A DNA stretch of 24,000 nucleotides from Devriesea agamarum (GTDB taxonomy: Bacteria > Actinomycetota > Actinomycetes > Actinomycetales > Dermabacteraceae): NCBI RefSeq assembly GCF_900070355.1, contig NZ_LN849456.1:2652238-2676237 (forward strand), read 5' to 3'. How positions within the stretch are numbered: position 1 is the stretch's first letter; every line of letters begins with the position of its first letter. The notes below the pieces were generated by a model. It saw nothing but the letters and a program-made list of their open reading frames with translations. It was not told the origin of the DNA and ran no database searches. Shown piece after piece: positions 1 to 8,556 of the stretch. Position numbers and translations under genes: made by a program.

Positions 1-28
1 CGGAAATGTCGCCAGCGGAGCCGCCGAG

Positions 29-448
29 ATGAAAAAGGCCCTCGGCGCACAAGACGTTAGCCATCTTATGAACGACGGAAAAACCGTGATCAACGCGGTC
101 CCGCACATAACCCCGCTGCTTGCCAAAGCCTCAGACAGCGGAATCTTCGAGGCGCTGACCGCATCGACCATGTTCGACCCCGATGTCATCGACTCCCTGA
201 CCGTGATGTCTAAAGCGTTGTGTGAGGCCTCAGAGAGTGCCGTCTACGGAGATGACAAACCCGTCAAAATAACCACCCTGATCAGAGCGCTGCGCGACCC
301 CGCTATCAACCGGGCCTTGAAATTCTGTCTCACCATGGCCGCCGCAATGGGGCGGGAACTGGATCCCGACACCGGCGAGTTCCACCAGCGCGTCAGCGCC
401 CGCGGGTCAGCCCGCCACGACCCGTCCACCGAACGGAGTATCCGATGA
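29..448 (+). CDS. DUF1641-like small protein, first visible gene of the hydrogenase operon. The frame is open to the window edge, so the true start could lie upstream.
   Basis: 139-aa ORF. The C-terminal segment TLIRALRDPAINRALKFCLTMAAAMG resembles the DUF1641 signature as I remember it. GGAG lies 8 nt before ATG 29. Its stop overlaps the small-subunit start (ATGA at 445-448). Confidence 0.6.
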   Translation: MKKALGAQDVSHLMNDGKTVINAVPHITPLLAKASDSGIFEALTASTMFDPDVIDSLTVMSKALCEASESAVYGDDKPVKITTLIRALRDPAINRALKFCLTMAAAMGRELDPDTGEFHQRVSARGSARHDPSTERSIR

Positions 449-1416
449 CCAGCGTCCTATGGCTCCAAGCGGGAGCCTGCTCAGGAAACACCATGTCGTT
501 CTTGAACGCCGAAGAGCCAAGCGTCGTCGACCTGATCGTCGACTTCGGCTTAGAGGTGCTCTGGCACCCGAGCCTCGGCCTTGAACTTGGCGCACAAGCC
601 AAGAAAATTTTCGCCGACTGTGCCTCCGGAGCGCGAGACCTCGATATTTTCGTGCTGGAAGGATCCGTTATCCGCGGGCCGAACGGAACCGGTCGCTTCG
701 ACATGTTCGCCGACCGGCCGATGATGGAATGGATCGACGAGCTCGCCAACCGAGCCAAAATAGTAGTGGCCATCGGAGACTGCGCCTGCTACGGCGGACT
801 GAACGTGGTTCCACCAAACCCCTCGGAATCCATCGGTTTGCAGTTTGACCGCACCGTTGAAGGCGGCTTCCTCGGCAAAGACTGGACCGCTGCGTCAGGT
901 TTACCCGTCATCAACATTCCAGGCTGTCCCGCCCACCCCGACTGGATCACCCAGATCCTAGTAGCGCTCGCCACCGACCGGGCCGGCGACCTAGCCCTGG
1001 ACGAATACCATCGCCCGACCACATTCTTCACCAGCTTCGTACACAACGGGTGCACTCGCAATACGTTCTTTGAATACAAACAAGACACCAACGGTTGGGG
1101 CGAAGGAACTCGCACCGGATGCCTGTTCTACGAATTCGGATGCCGCGGACCGATGACCCATGGCCCATGCAACCGGATCCTGTGGAACCGCCAGTCATCA
1201 AAAACCCGGGCCGGGATGCCTTGCCAAGGCTGCACTGAACCCGAGTTCCCGTTCTACGACCTCGAACCGGGCACCGTATTCCACACCCAGAAAATCTCCG
1301 GGACCGTCCCCGTGGACCTACCACCAGGACAAGACCACATGACGTATATGGCCATGGCAGCGGCCGCAAAAGTGGCGGCACCTGCATGGAGCACCCAGGA
1401 CATGTTCGTCGTCTGA
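445..1416 (+). CDS. hupS: [NiFe]-hydrogenase small subunit, group 2a-like, no Tat signal peptide
   Basis: The N-terminus MTSVLWLQAGACSGNTMSFLNAEEP starts directly at the conserved core with no RRxF Tat leader. Fe-S ligand pattern: C12 (CSGN), GDCACYGG (C113), PGCPAHP (C161), H200-x2-C203-x22-C226-x6-C233, C242-x17-C260-x2-C263. The 323-aa length is typical of cyanobacterial HupS / Huc-type small subunits. Confidence 0.9.
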   Translation: MTSVLWLQAGACSGNTMSFLNAEEPSVVDLIVDFGLEVLWHPSLGLELGAQAKKIFADCASGARDLDIFVLEGSVIRGPNGTGRFDMFADRPMMEWIDELANRAKIVVAIGDCACYGGLNVVPPNPSESIGLQFDRTVEGGFLGKDWTAASGLPVINIPGCPAHPDWITQILVALATDRAGDLALDEYHRPTTFFTSFVHNGCTRNTFFEYKQDTNGWGEGTRTGCLFYEFGCRGPMTHGPCNRILWNRQSSKTRAGMPCQGCTEPEFPFYDLEPGTVFHTQKISGTVPVDLPPGQDHMTYMAMAAAAKVAAPAWSTQDMFVV

Positions 1417-1456
1417 CCACTGAAAACGCTCTGACTGCAGGAAAGGTCCGCAACTC

Positions 1457-3064
1457 ATGGGCACCATTGAACTGAACGTCTCCCCGCTCGGCCGAGTCGA
1501 AGGAGACCTCGATGTCTCCGTCACCGTCACCGATGGCGTCGTCACCGACGCCTGGACGCACGCGGTGATGTTCCGTGGCTTTGAAACCATCCTGCGCGGA
1601 AAAGACCCGCAGGCAGGCCTGATCATGACCCCGCGTATCTGCGGCATCTGCGGCGGAAGCCATCTGTACAAGGCGGCATACGCCCTCGATACCGCGTGGA
1701 GGACCCACGTTCCCCACAACGCCACCCTGGTGCGCAATATCGCCCAAGCATGCGAAACCTTGCAATCGATTCCACGCTACTTTTACGCGCTCTTCGCCAT
1801 CGACCTCACCCACGAAAAATATGCGTCCTCACCGCTGTATGAGGAGGCGTGCCGCCGCTTCTCCGTCTACACCGGAACGTCGTACCAAAAAGGCGTGGTG
1901 CTGTCTGGAAAACCCGTCGAAGTGTACGCAATCCTCGGCGGACAATGGCCCCACAGCTCATTCATGATTCCCGGCGGAATTATGGGTGCTCCCACTCTCT
2001 CGGATATCACCCGCTCCACCGCCATCCTGAAGAACTGGAAAGACGCCTGGTTAGAAGGAGAGTTCCTCGGCTGTAGCGTTGAGCGCTGGTTAGAAAACCG
2101 CAGTTGGGATGATGTTTTAGCCTGGCTGGACGAAAAACAGGAACACGCCGAATCAGACCTCGGTTTCTTTATCCGGTATTGCCTGGACATCGGATTAGAT
2201 AGCTACGGACAGGGTGTTGGTAACTATCTGTCGATGGGCTCGTTCTTCGACCCCGAGGCCTACCAACACCCGACCATTGATAGCCGTCAAGGAGCCGTCT
2301 CCACCCGCGGCGGCATATACCTCGACTCCCAATTCCACGAGTTCGATCAGGCCAATGTCACCGAAGACGTCGCCTACTCACACTACAAAGGTGGTGACGG
2401 CGTACATCCGTTCGATGGTACCCAGGACGCCATCGACCCAGAGATCGGGAAGAAAGACGGAAAATACTCGTTCGCCAAAGCTCCCCGCTATACCGTCCCC
2501 GGACACCGCAAAACCCCGTTTGAAACAGGTCCGCTGGCCCGGCGCATCATGGCCGGACAAAAGCGCACCGCCGCCTACCATGACGAAGACCCGCTATTCC
2601 TCGATGTGCTGAAGGTAAAAGGCCCCAGCGTATTCACCCGCCAGTTCGCTCGTCTGCACGAAGCGCCGCTGTACTACACCAAAGTGATGGACTGGCTCGC
2701 CGCCCTCGACCTCCACGGATCCTTCCACACCCCGTGTGAAGACCCAGGTAGCGGCAAAGGATGGGGCGCAACCGAAGCGGCCCGCGGCGCACTCGCGGAC
2801 TGGATCGTGCTCGAAGACGGCAAGATCGCCAACTACAACGTGATCACCCCCGGGGCATGGAATATGGGTCCGCGAGATGAACACGGAGCGCGCGGCCCGG
2901 TGGAAGAAGCCCTGGTCGGATCCCCGGTCCATAACCTGGAAGACCCCGTCGAACTCGGACACGTCGCCCGCTCCTTCGACTCCTGCCTGGTGTGCACGGT
3001 CCACACGTATGACGGAAAAACCGGTCGTGAAATGAGCAAGTTCGTCATCAACGAGATGGTCTGA
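1457..3064 (+). CDS. hupL: [NiFe]-hydrogenase large subunit, group 2a-like
   Basis: N-terminal RVEGDL and the L1 motif PRICGICGGSH (C62, C65). C-terminal L2 motif FDSCLVCTVH (C510, C513, H516) followed by a 19-aa extension. The 535-aa length fits group 2a rather than the ~600 aa of group 1h. GGAAAGG lies upstream of the ATG. Confidence 0.95.
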   Translation: MGTIELNVSPLGRVEGDLDVSVTVTDGVVTDAWTHAVMFRGFETILRGKDPQAGLIMTPRICGICGGSHLYKAAYALDTAWRTHVPHNATLVRNIAQACETLQSIPRYFYALFAIDLTHEKYASSPLYEEACRRFSVYTGTSYQKGVVLSGKPVEVYAILGGQWPHSSFMIPGGIMGAPTLSDITRSTAILKNWKDAWLEGEFLGCSVERWLENRSWDDVLAWLDEKQEHAESDLGFFIRYCLDIGLDSYGQGVGNYLSMGSFFDPEAYQHPTIDSRQGAVSTRGGIYLDSQFHEFDQANVTEDVAYSHYKGGDGVHPFDGTQDAIDPEIGKKDGKYSFAKAPRYTVPGHRKTPFETGPLARRIMAGQKRTAAYHDEDPLFLDVLKVKGPSVFTRQFARLHEAPLYYTKVMDWLAALDLHGSFHTPCEDPGSGKGWGATEAARGALADWIVLEDGKIANYNVITPGAWNMGPRDEHGARGPVEEALVGSPVHNLEDPVELGHVARSFDSCLVCTVHTYDGKTGREMSKFVINEMV

Positions 3065-3067
3065 CGG

Positions 3068-3685
3068 ATGGCGGTTGCTCGCGACCACGGCCCGACGATA
3101 AGCACCCGCGACCCGTCCCAAGTCCAACCGTGGCACCTGCTCAGCGACGACTCGCCCCCGTCGTACCGAGTGCTGGTTATCGGCTGCGGCAATGTGCTGC
3201 GCGGGGACGATGCAGCCGGCCCGGTGCTGGTGCGCAGGCTCTGGGACCGCGACCTCGACATCGTGCGCACCGGCCAGGTACGGATCCTGGACGCGGGAAC
3301 CTCCGGGATGGACGTCGCGTTTGCCATGAGAGGGGTCCGCGACGTCATCATCGTGGATGCCGCACGCACCGGCGCGGATCCCGGTACGCTGATGGAAGTC
3401 CCAGGGGAGGTGCTTGAACAGCTACCACCCGCCGGAGGCATCCATTCCCACCAGTTTCGTTGGGATCATGCCCTCGGATTCGGTCGGTGGCTGCTCGGGC
3501 CATACTTTCCCCGGCAGGTGTCGGTCTTCCTCATCGAGGCATCCTGCTGTGATCCGGGAGGTGTGCTGTCCCCAGCGGTCGATGCTGCCGTCGATCGCCT
3601 CGCCGCTGCTCTCATCCCACGTCTGGAGGCGCTTGCCATGGCATCCGAGCACGATTCCGCCACAGCGGTGACCGCCGATGGGTGA
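3068..3685 (+). CDS. hupD: Hydrogenase maturation endopeptidase (HupD/HyaD/HybD/HupW family)
   Basis: Motif VLVIGCGNVLRGDDAAGPVLVRRL matches the GxGNxxxxDDGxG signature, and there is a later H-containing metal-binding region (GGIHSHQF). It starts 3 nt after the large-subunit stop. A ~35-aa N-terminal extension precedes the conserved core. Confidence 0.85.
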   Translation: MAVARDHGPTISTRDPSQVQPWHLLSDDSPPSYRVLVIGCGNVLRGDDAAGPVLVRRLWDRDLDIVRTGQVRILDAGTSGMDVAFAMRGVRDVIIVDAARTGADPGTLMEVPGEVLEQLPPAGGIHSHQFRWDHALGFGRWLLGPYFPRQVSVFLIEASCCDPGGVLSPAVDAAVDRLAAALIPRLEALAMASEHDSATAVTADG

Positions 3686-6008
3686 ACGAGATCAAGAGAA
3701 TAAGGCAGCTGTCAATGAACAGGTTCCGCCAACCAGGCAGGGACTGACAGTCGAGATCACCGACCGCGGATATATCAGGCTCGGTCCTGAGCTCAGGGAG
3801 CTCTTTCCCCAGGATCGGTGCGCTCTCCTGCGGACCGGACCTGCCCGCCTGGTTGTGATGCCGATGTCGCATCTCACCCCCGGTGCCGCCGTGCTCAAAA
3901 CCGTGGATCCTGACGGAAGCCGGTCAGTTCTCGCCGTGGAAGCCCTCGGGCATGGCCACCCTGTCGGACGGATGTCTGCCCATCTCCACGCAAAGCGCCT
4001 GCTGATCGACCTCCCAACCCCAGCGAGCGACAACTCACTGCTCACCCGCCCGCAACCGGTGGGAGTTTTCCCTCTGCCAGCAGGTTTGTTACTGATCGAT
4101 ACCTCCCACGGGCCTGCGGCTGAGCATGTCCGCGAAGAACTTATCCTGGGTCAGCGCCCGCACAAGTGGCCAGACGCCCTGGCCGCGGTCCAATACGCTT
4201 ACAACGGCGACCTCGACACCGCCCGCGACCTGCTGCGCACCGCCATAACCGAGACCCCCAACGATCTGGTCAGCCGGTACAACCTCTTCGTCCTTGCCCC
4301 CGAGGATGCCAGTACGCCCCAGCGGGAAGCCCTGCGGGCAGATCTCAACAGGGTCGGGTTGGCTCCGCTGTTCGATGCTGCTGAGATTGCCCTCGGCCTC
4401 ACCATCTCATTCCCGGAGGACCCCTCGCATACCTGCGAGGGGGAACTCGCCGCCCTGGTGAGGATGGCCCGTGCAGCGCTCAATGACGAAGACGCTCACG
4501 CCGTGCCCACCGCTGCGCTCGGTGAGCTCACTCTGGCTGCCACGGATGCCCGTTCGGTCTCGCCCGTGCTCGCCGCCCTGATCCTTGCCGATGTTGCCTC
4601 CCGAACCGGTGATGCTGAGGCTGCCACCAGCGCAATTGATGTTCTCGCCACCACCGATCTCAACTCAGCCCACGCGGAAGCGTTACTCATCCGGGGCGAG
4701 ATCCTTCACCGCCAGGGCGCTGACCACGAGAACGGCGCAGGAATTCAGCGCGCAGTCGCGGATTATCAGGCGGCTCTGTCCTTGCTGGCCTCGAGCCCAG
4801 CACCCAATCCTCAGGAGGGGGAAGCAGGCACGGGACGCATGGACCAGGCTGGGAACTCCTTCCTGCGTGCACGAGCCCATCTAGATCTCGGAACCGCATA
4901 TTTAGCGGGCCCACGCCTGGAAGCTTCGGACGACCTGCGGTACGCCGTCGCTGTGCAATCGCTGCGCGAAGCAGCCCGCCTGTATGCCGACGCCCCGGAT
5001 GCAACAAACCGGCCCGAATGGTCGGCGGCTACCCTAAACCTTGCTAATGCGCTGGTCCATGCACCGTCCACCCATGCACGAGACAACCTCATGGAAGCAG
5101 TGGACCTCTATACCCGGGTGCTGGCAACCCGCGATGCCGATAAGGATCCGGGCGGTTATGCGCGGGTGCTGGCTAATCAGGGAACTGCGCTGGGTCACCT
5201 CGGGCTGCTCGGGGATGCGCGCATGCGCTTGCAGGATGCTAAACGTCTGTTCCAGCGGGCGGGGGATTGTGACGCGGTTGCCTTGGTGGAGGACGCGCTC
5301 GCGATGGTGCCCGCCCTGTGCGACCAGCTGCGCTTGGAGAACAATCTCAGAGAGGGCGGTATCCCGGATTCAGGCGATGGTCTGCGGTCAAAGCAGCCGC
5401 GGTCAAAACAGCCGCAGCCGGAGCAGAACCCTTCAGGCCAACCCACCGGAGCCGCACCGACCGATGTCGAAACCCTTGCGCGCGCCCTAGATGACGCCGA
5501 CGCCGCACTGAACGACCTCGATGAGGAGGTCCGGCGCACCGTCGAGAACTGGCGAGGTGCTGAATCGCGCCTGGTGTTCGCGGGGCTCGCACAGATCGTG
5601 CGCACCCTCCGATCCCAATCTCCACAAGCGCTCGACGCCCTGGTCGATGACCCGCTGGTGCGGATGCTGTTTGTCAGCCACGGCATTATGCGCCTACCTC
5701 GCCCCGACCCCGGTGTGGCCGGATCAGGTGGTCGTCGTGGACAGACTGGTTCGCTGCCCTTCGTGCCGGTAACGGCCCTCGGACCACGAGCCGGGATACC
5801 GTCGGTTCAGCCCGTAACGGCCTCGGGCAGCGCGCCAGCATCGGATGGGCTCTTCCCTTCCGACCAGGACGGTTGTGGCCCAGCTGAGCGCACAACTCCA
5901 CGAGGTGACGCGATGACAGCGACACCTGGGGGACACTCACCCTATGGTGGATGCTGCGCCGCACCTCCTGAGACGCCACCATCTAACCCGGGTGCATCGC
6001 CCTCATGA
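3678..6008 (+). CDS. 776-aa hydrogenase-operon protein of unknown function. It has a possible AbrB/SpoVT-like N-terminus, a long all-helical TPR-like middle, a low-complexity linker, a helical segment resembling the N-terminal part of hydrogenase-associated NifU-like (HucE/HhyE-type) proteins, and a Pro/Gly/Ser-rich tail.
   Basis: Uninterrupted ORF locked between neighbours: an 8-nt overlap with the protease gene (ATGGGTGA) and an ATGA overlap with hypF. Ala/Leu/Asp-rich helical repeats run through residues ~170-560. The motif ALDALVDDPLVRMLFVSHGIM lies near residue 650. No canonical NifU CxxC module was found. Confidence 0.6.
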   Translation: MGERDQENKAAVNEQVPPTRQGLTVEITDRGYIRLGPELRELFPQDRCALLRTGPARLVVMPMSHLTPGAAVLKTVDPDGSRSVLAVEALGHGHPVGRMSAHLHAKRLLIDLPTPASDNSLLTRPQPVGVFPLPAGLLLIDTSHGPAAEHVREELILGQRPHKWPDALAAVQYAYNGDLDTARDLLRTAITETPNDLVSRYNLFVLAPEDASTPQREALRADLNRVGLAPLFDAAEIALGLTISFPEDPSHTCEGELAALVRMARAALNDEDAHAVPTAALGELTLAATDARSVSPVLAALILADVASRTGDAEAATSAIDVLATTDLNSAHAEALLIRGEILHRQGADHENGAGIQRAVADYQAALSLLASSPAPNPQEGEAGTGRMDQAGNSFLRARAHLDLGTAYLAGPRLEASDDLRYAVAVQSLREAARLYADAPDATNRPEWSAATLNLANALVHAPSTHARDNLMEAVDLYTRVLATRDADKDPGGYARVLANQGTALGHLGLLGDARMRLQDAKRLFQRAGDCDAVALVEDALAMVPALCDQLRLENNLREGGIPDSGDGLRSKQPRSKQPQPEQNPSGQPTGAAPTDVETLARALDDADAALNDLDEEVRRTVENWRGAESRLVFAGLAQIVRTLRSQSPQALDALVDDPLVRMLFVSHGIMRLPRPDPGVAGSGGRRGQTGSLPFVPVTALGPRAGIPSVQPVTASGSAPASDGLFPSDQDGCGPAERTTPRGDAMTATPGGHSPYGGCCAAPPETPPSNPGASPS
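5384..5413 (+). repeat. Perfectly adjacent 15-nt tandem duplication (gcggtcaaaRcagcc x2, 1 mismatch) inside the 776-aa CDS, encoding RSKQP-RSKQP
   Basis: Read directly: 5384-5398 is gcggtcaaagcagcc and 5399-5413 is gcggtcaaaacagcc. Confidence 0.85.
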
Positions 6009-8554
6009 CCGCTGCCAACGACACTGTCAACCTGGTGAGGGTATCGAGCACCCTCACCGGTGTAGTGCAAGGGGTCGGCTTTCGTCCGCACGTCGCTCGC
6101 ATGTCTGAACGATTCGCTGTCACCGGCTGGTGCGGTAACGACGATGTCAGCGTCTTCCTTGAGGCACAGGGACCTCCCGCACAGGTGCAAGCGTTCCTGA
6201 CCGCCGTGGTAGACCAGGCACCCCCGCTCGCCCGGGTGATCGGCAAAGAGCAGCGCAGTATCGACCCGGTACCCGACGAAAACGGTTTTACCATCGTGCC
6301 TTCGCGGCATCGGCCAGGCGCGAGAAGTTTGATTCCACCTGATGTGGCCCTATGCGAGGACTGCGCTCGAGAGCTCGCTAATCCCGAGGACCGCCGTTAC
6401 GCCTACCCGTTTATTACCTGCACAAATTGCGGACCGCGGCTCAGCATTATTGAGGATCTTCCCTACGACCGGCCCGCGACCACCATGCGTGATTTCCCCC
6501 TATGCTCGGCCTGCCATAGGGAGTATCAGGATGTTACTGATCGTCGGTTCCACGCCCAACCCATCGGTTGCTTCGAGTGCGGACCCCATTTATGGATTGT
6601 CAGCTCTCAGGAGATTCCCAAGCTCGACCCGTTCGCCATGATGCGCCAGAGCGTGCAGCCTGGCCATGCTCAGCAGGAGGGCGCGGTGATTCCCTCAGAC
6701 TTCCTGGATGGACGAGGCACCCCGCGGGATCGTGCCAGCCAGCTGAGTGTGCTGAATGACGCCCGGCAGCGGCTGCGCCGCGGAGAGATCCTGGCTGTGA
6801 AAGGCATCGGGGGCTTCCATCTGATGTGCGACGCGCGCAACCAGGAAGCGGTTGCGCGTTTGCGCCAGCGCAAGCACCGCCCCGATAAGCCCTTCGCCGT
6901 GATGGTTAAAGACCTCGCGACAGCCCGAGAACTTGCGGTACTCGACCCTGATGCTGAGCGCCTGCTGACCTCACCTGCGCGCCCGATCGTGATCGTCCCG
7001 GCCCGGGAGGCTTGGGCCGAGGATAGTCAGGATCGCCGGCATACAAGTTCCCGCAGGCCCCTGGCAGCGCAGATTGCCCCGGGCACATCAGAGATAGGCA
7101 TTTTGCTTCCCTACGCCCCGATTCACATGCTGCTTTTCGGATCAAACGCTGCTGACGACATCAGCACCACGCCGATGCCCGACGTGCTCGTCGCAACCTC
7201 AGGCAACCTCTCCGATGAGCCCTTAGCGTGGACTAATCGCGACGCTCTGACCAATCTGTGCCACATTGCGGATGCGTTTGTTCTGAACAACCGGGATATT
7301 GCCGTCCCGGTGGAAGACTCAGTGTTCCGCGGCACCGTGCCGTCGCGGAGGTCACGCGGATATGCACCGTTGCCTTTACCGCTGCCCCAGCCCACGCCGT
7401 CGGTGGTCCTCGGGGTCGGAGGGGAAATGAAGAACGCGTTTACCCTGCTTCACCACAACCTTGCGTTCAGCTCACCGCATCTAGGAGACATGGGTTCACT
7501 CGCCTCGAGCAGGGCCCATGCCGCAGCTGTTCACGCCATGCTGCATATGCATCGCACCGTTCCGGACGTGCTGGTACACGATCAACACCCCGGTTACGCA
7601 ACTACCCGGTTCGCTCAGCACTACGCAGACGAACACCCGCAGGTGCGCGTGCTGGCCGTGCAACATCACCATGCTCATGCGGTGTCGCTGCTGGCTGAGC
7701 ACGGCCTCCTCGGGCACTCAGCCGTGGTGGCCGCAATCGACGGAACCGGCTACGGAAGCGATGGCACCATCTGGGGCGGTGAAATCCTCGCGATTGACCC
7801 GGATGTCATCACTGCGACCCGTCTCGGCCATCTTCCAGCGTTCCCGTTGATGGGTGGGGACTCCGCGGTGAAACGACCCTGGATCAGCGCGCTGGGCCTT
7901 GTGCATGCCCTCTCTCTGCGCTCTCGCCAATACCGACTCTTCCCTGAAGTTCCCCCGACAGCCCGAGAAACCGTGCAAGCGCAGATAGATCGGGGCCAAG
8001 CGGTCATGACCACCTCGCTGGGGCGCACCCTGGATGGTTTCGCTGCGATCCTCGGTCTCTGCCAGGAACAGACCTTTGAAGCTCAGGCCCCGACCCTGCT
8101 TGAACAGGCAGCTGCCAGGGCTCGGCCTCGAACATTCCACAGCGCCGCGGATCGACCGAGGCATGACACGGGCCCTAGGCATAAACTGCGCGCGCAGTAT
8201 CAGCGCATTATTGAGCGCGCATGTCAGGGAGAGGACCCGTGTGAGCTCGCGTGGCAGCTGCACGTCGTCATTGCTGAGGCACTGGCCGATGCCCTGATAC
8301 GCGCAGCTGAGCACACGGGGGCGCGGATTCTCGGCCTCAGTGGGGGAGCCGCATTAAACAACATATTGACCGAGATCATCCGCGATCGCATCGGTCAGGC
8401 TGGACATACGCTCCTGATCCACAAGGCTGTTCCCGCTAACGATGGTGGTCTCGGGCTAGGCCAAGCCGCGCTCGGTGCTTACGCGATGACCAGCACATAT
8501 ACAACGATCCCCGTTGTCTGTCGGGCTGATTCGCTACCGAATGGAGAGCTCTGA
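6005..8554 (+). CDS. hypF: Carbamoyltransferase HypF ([NiFe]-hydrogenase maturation)
   Basis: Acylphosphatase domain (GVVQGVGFRPHV). Two zinc-finger pairs (CEDCARE...CTNCGPR, CSACHREY...CFECGPH). YrdC-like segment (ILAVKGIGGFHLMCDA, KHRPDKPFAVMV). Kae1-like C-terminal domain (GLSGGAALNN, NDGGLGLGQA). Confidence 0.95.
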   Translation: MTAANDTVNLVRVSSTLTGVVQGVGFRPHVARMSERFAVTGWCGNDDVSVFLEAQGPPAQVQAFLTAVVDQAPPLARVIGKEQRSIDPVPDENGFTIVPSRHRPGARSLIPPDVALCEDCARELANPEDRRYAYPFITCTNCGPRLSIIEDLPYDRPATTMRDFPLCSACHREYQDVTDRRFHAQPIGCFECGPHLWIVSSQEIPKLDPFAMMRQSVQPGHAQQEGAVIPSDFLDGRGTPRDRASQLSVLNDARQRLRRGEILAVKGIGGFHLMCDARNQEAVARLRQRKHRPDKPFAVMVKDLATARELAVLDPDAERLLTSPARPIVIVPAREAWAEDSQDRRHTSSRRPLAAQIAPGTSEIGILLPYAPIHMLLFGSNAADDISTTPMPDVLVATSGNLSDEPLAWTNRDALTNLCHIADAFVLNNRDIAVPVEDSVFRGTVPSRRSRGYAPLPLPLPQPTPSVVLGVGGEMKNAFTLLHHNLAFSSPHLGDMGSLASSRAHAAAVHAMLHMHRTVPDVLVHDQHPGYATTRFAQHYADEHPQVRVLAVQHHHAHAVSLLAEHGLLGHSAVVAAIDGTGYGSDGTIWGGEILAIDPDVITATRLGHLPAFPLMGGDSAVKRPWISALGLVHALSLRSRQYRLFPEVPPTARETVQAQIDRGQAVMTTSLGRTLDGFAAILGLCQEQTFEAQAPTLLEQAAARARPRTFHSAADRPRHDTGPRHKLRAQYQRIIERACQGEDPCELAWQLHVVIAEALADALIRAAEHTGARILGLSGGAALNNILTEIIRDRIGQAGHTLLIHKAVPANDGGLGLGQAALGAYAMTSTYTTIPVVCRADSLPNGEL

Positions 8555-8556
8555 TT

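Noticed and set aside
1028-1813. 261-aa antisense ORF opposite the hydrogenase small/large subunit genes. Similar long antisense ORFs occur at 2594-3136, 7718-8314, 8958-9563, 10478-11053 and 18344-19093.
   Set aside because: They lie opposite CDSs with unambiguous family motifs, and their translations are Arg/Ser/Pro/Gly-rich with no recognisable motifs. Stop-free antisense frames are expected in high-GC DNA.
5521-5772. Possible frameshifted NifU CxxC module in the +1 frame of the 776-aa gene (the ORF ends ...VVVVDRLVRCPSCR)
   Set aside because: I translated all three frames across 5640-6008. The CPSC is followed immediately by a stop, there is no GGDVxL or other NifU context, and the main frame stays open to an ATGA junction with hypF. 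This is most likely coincidence.
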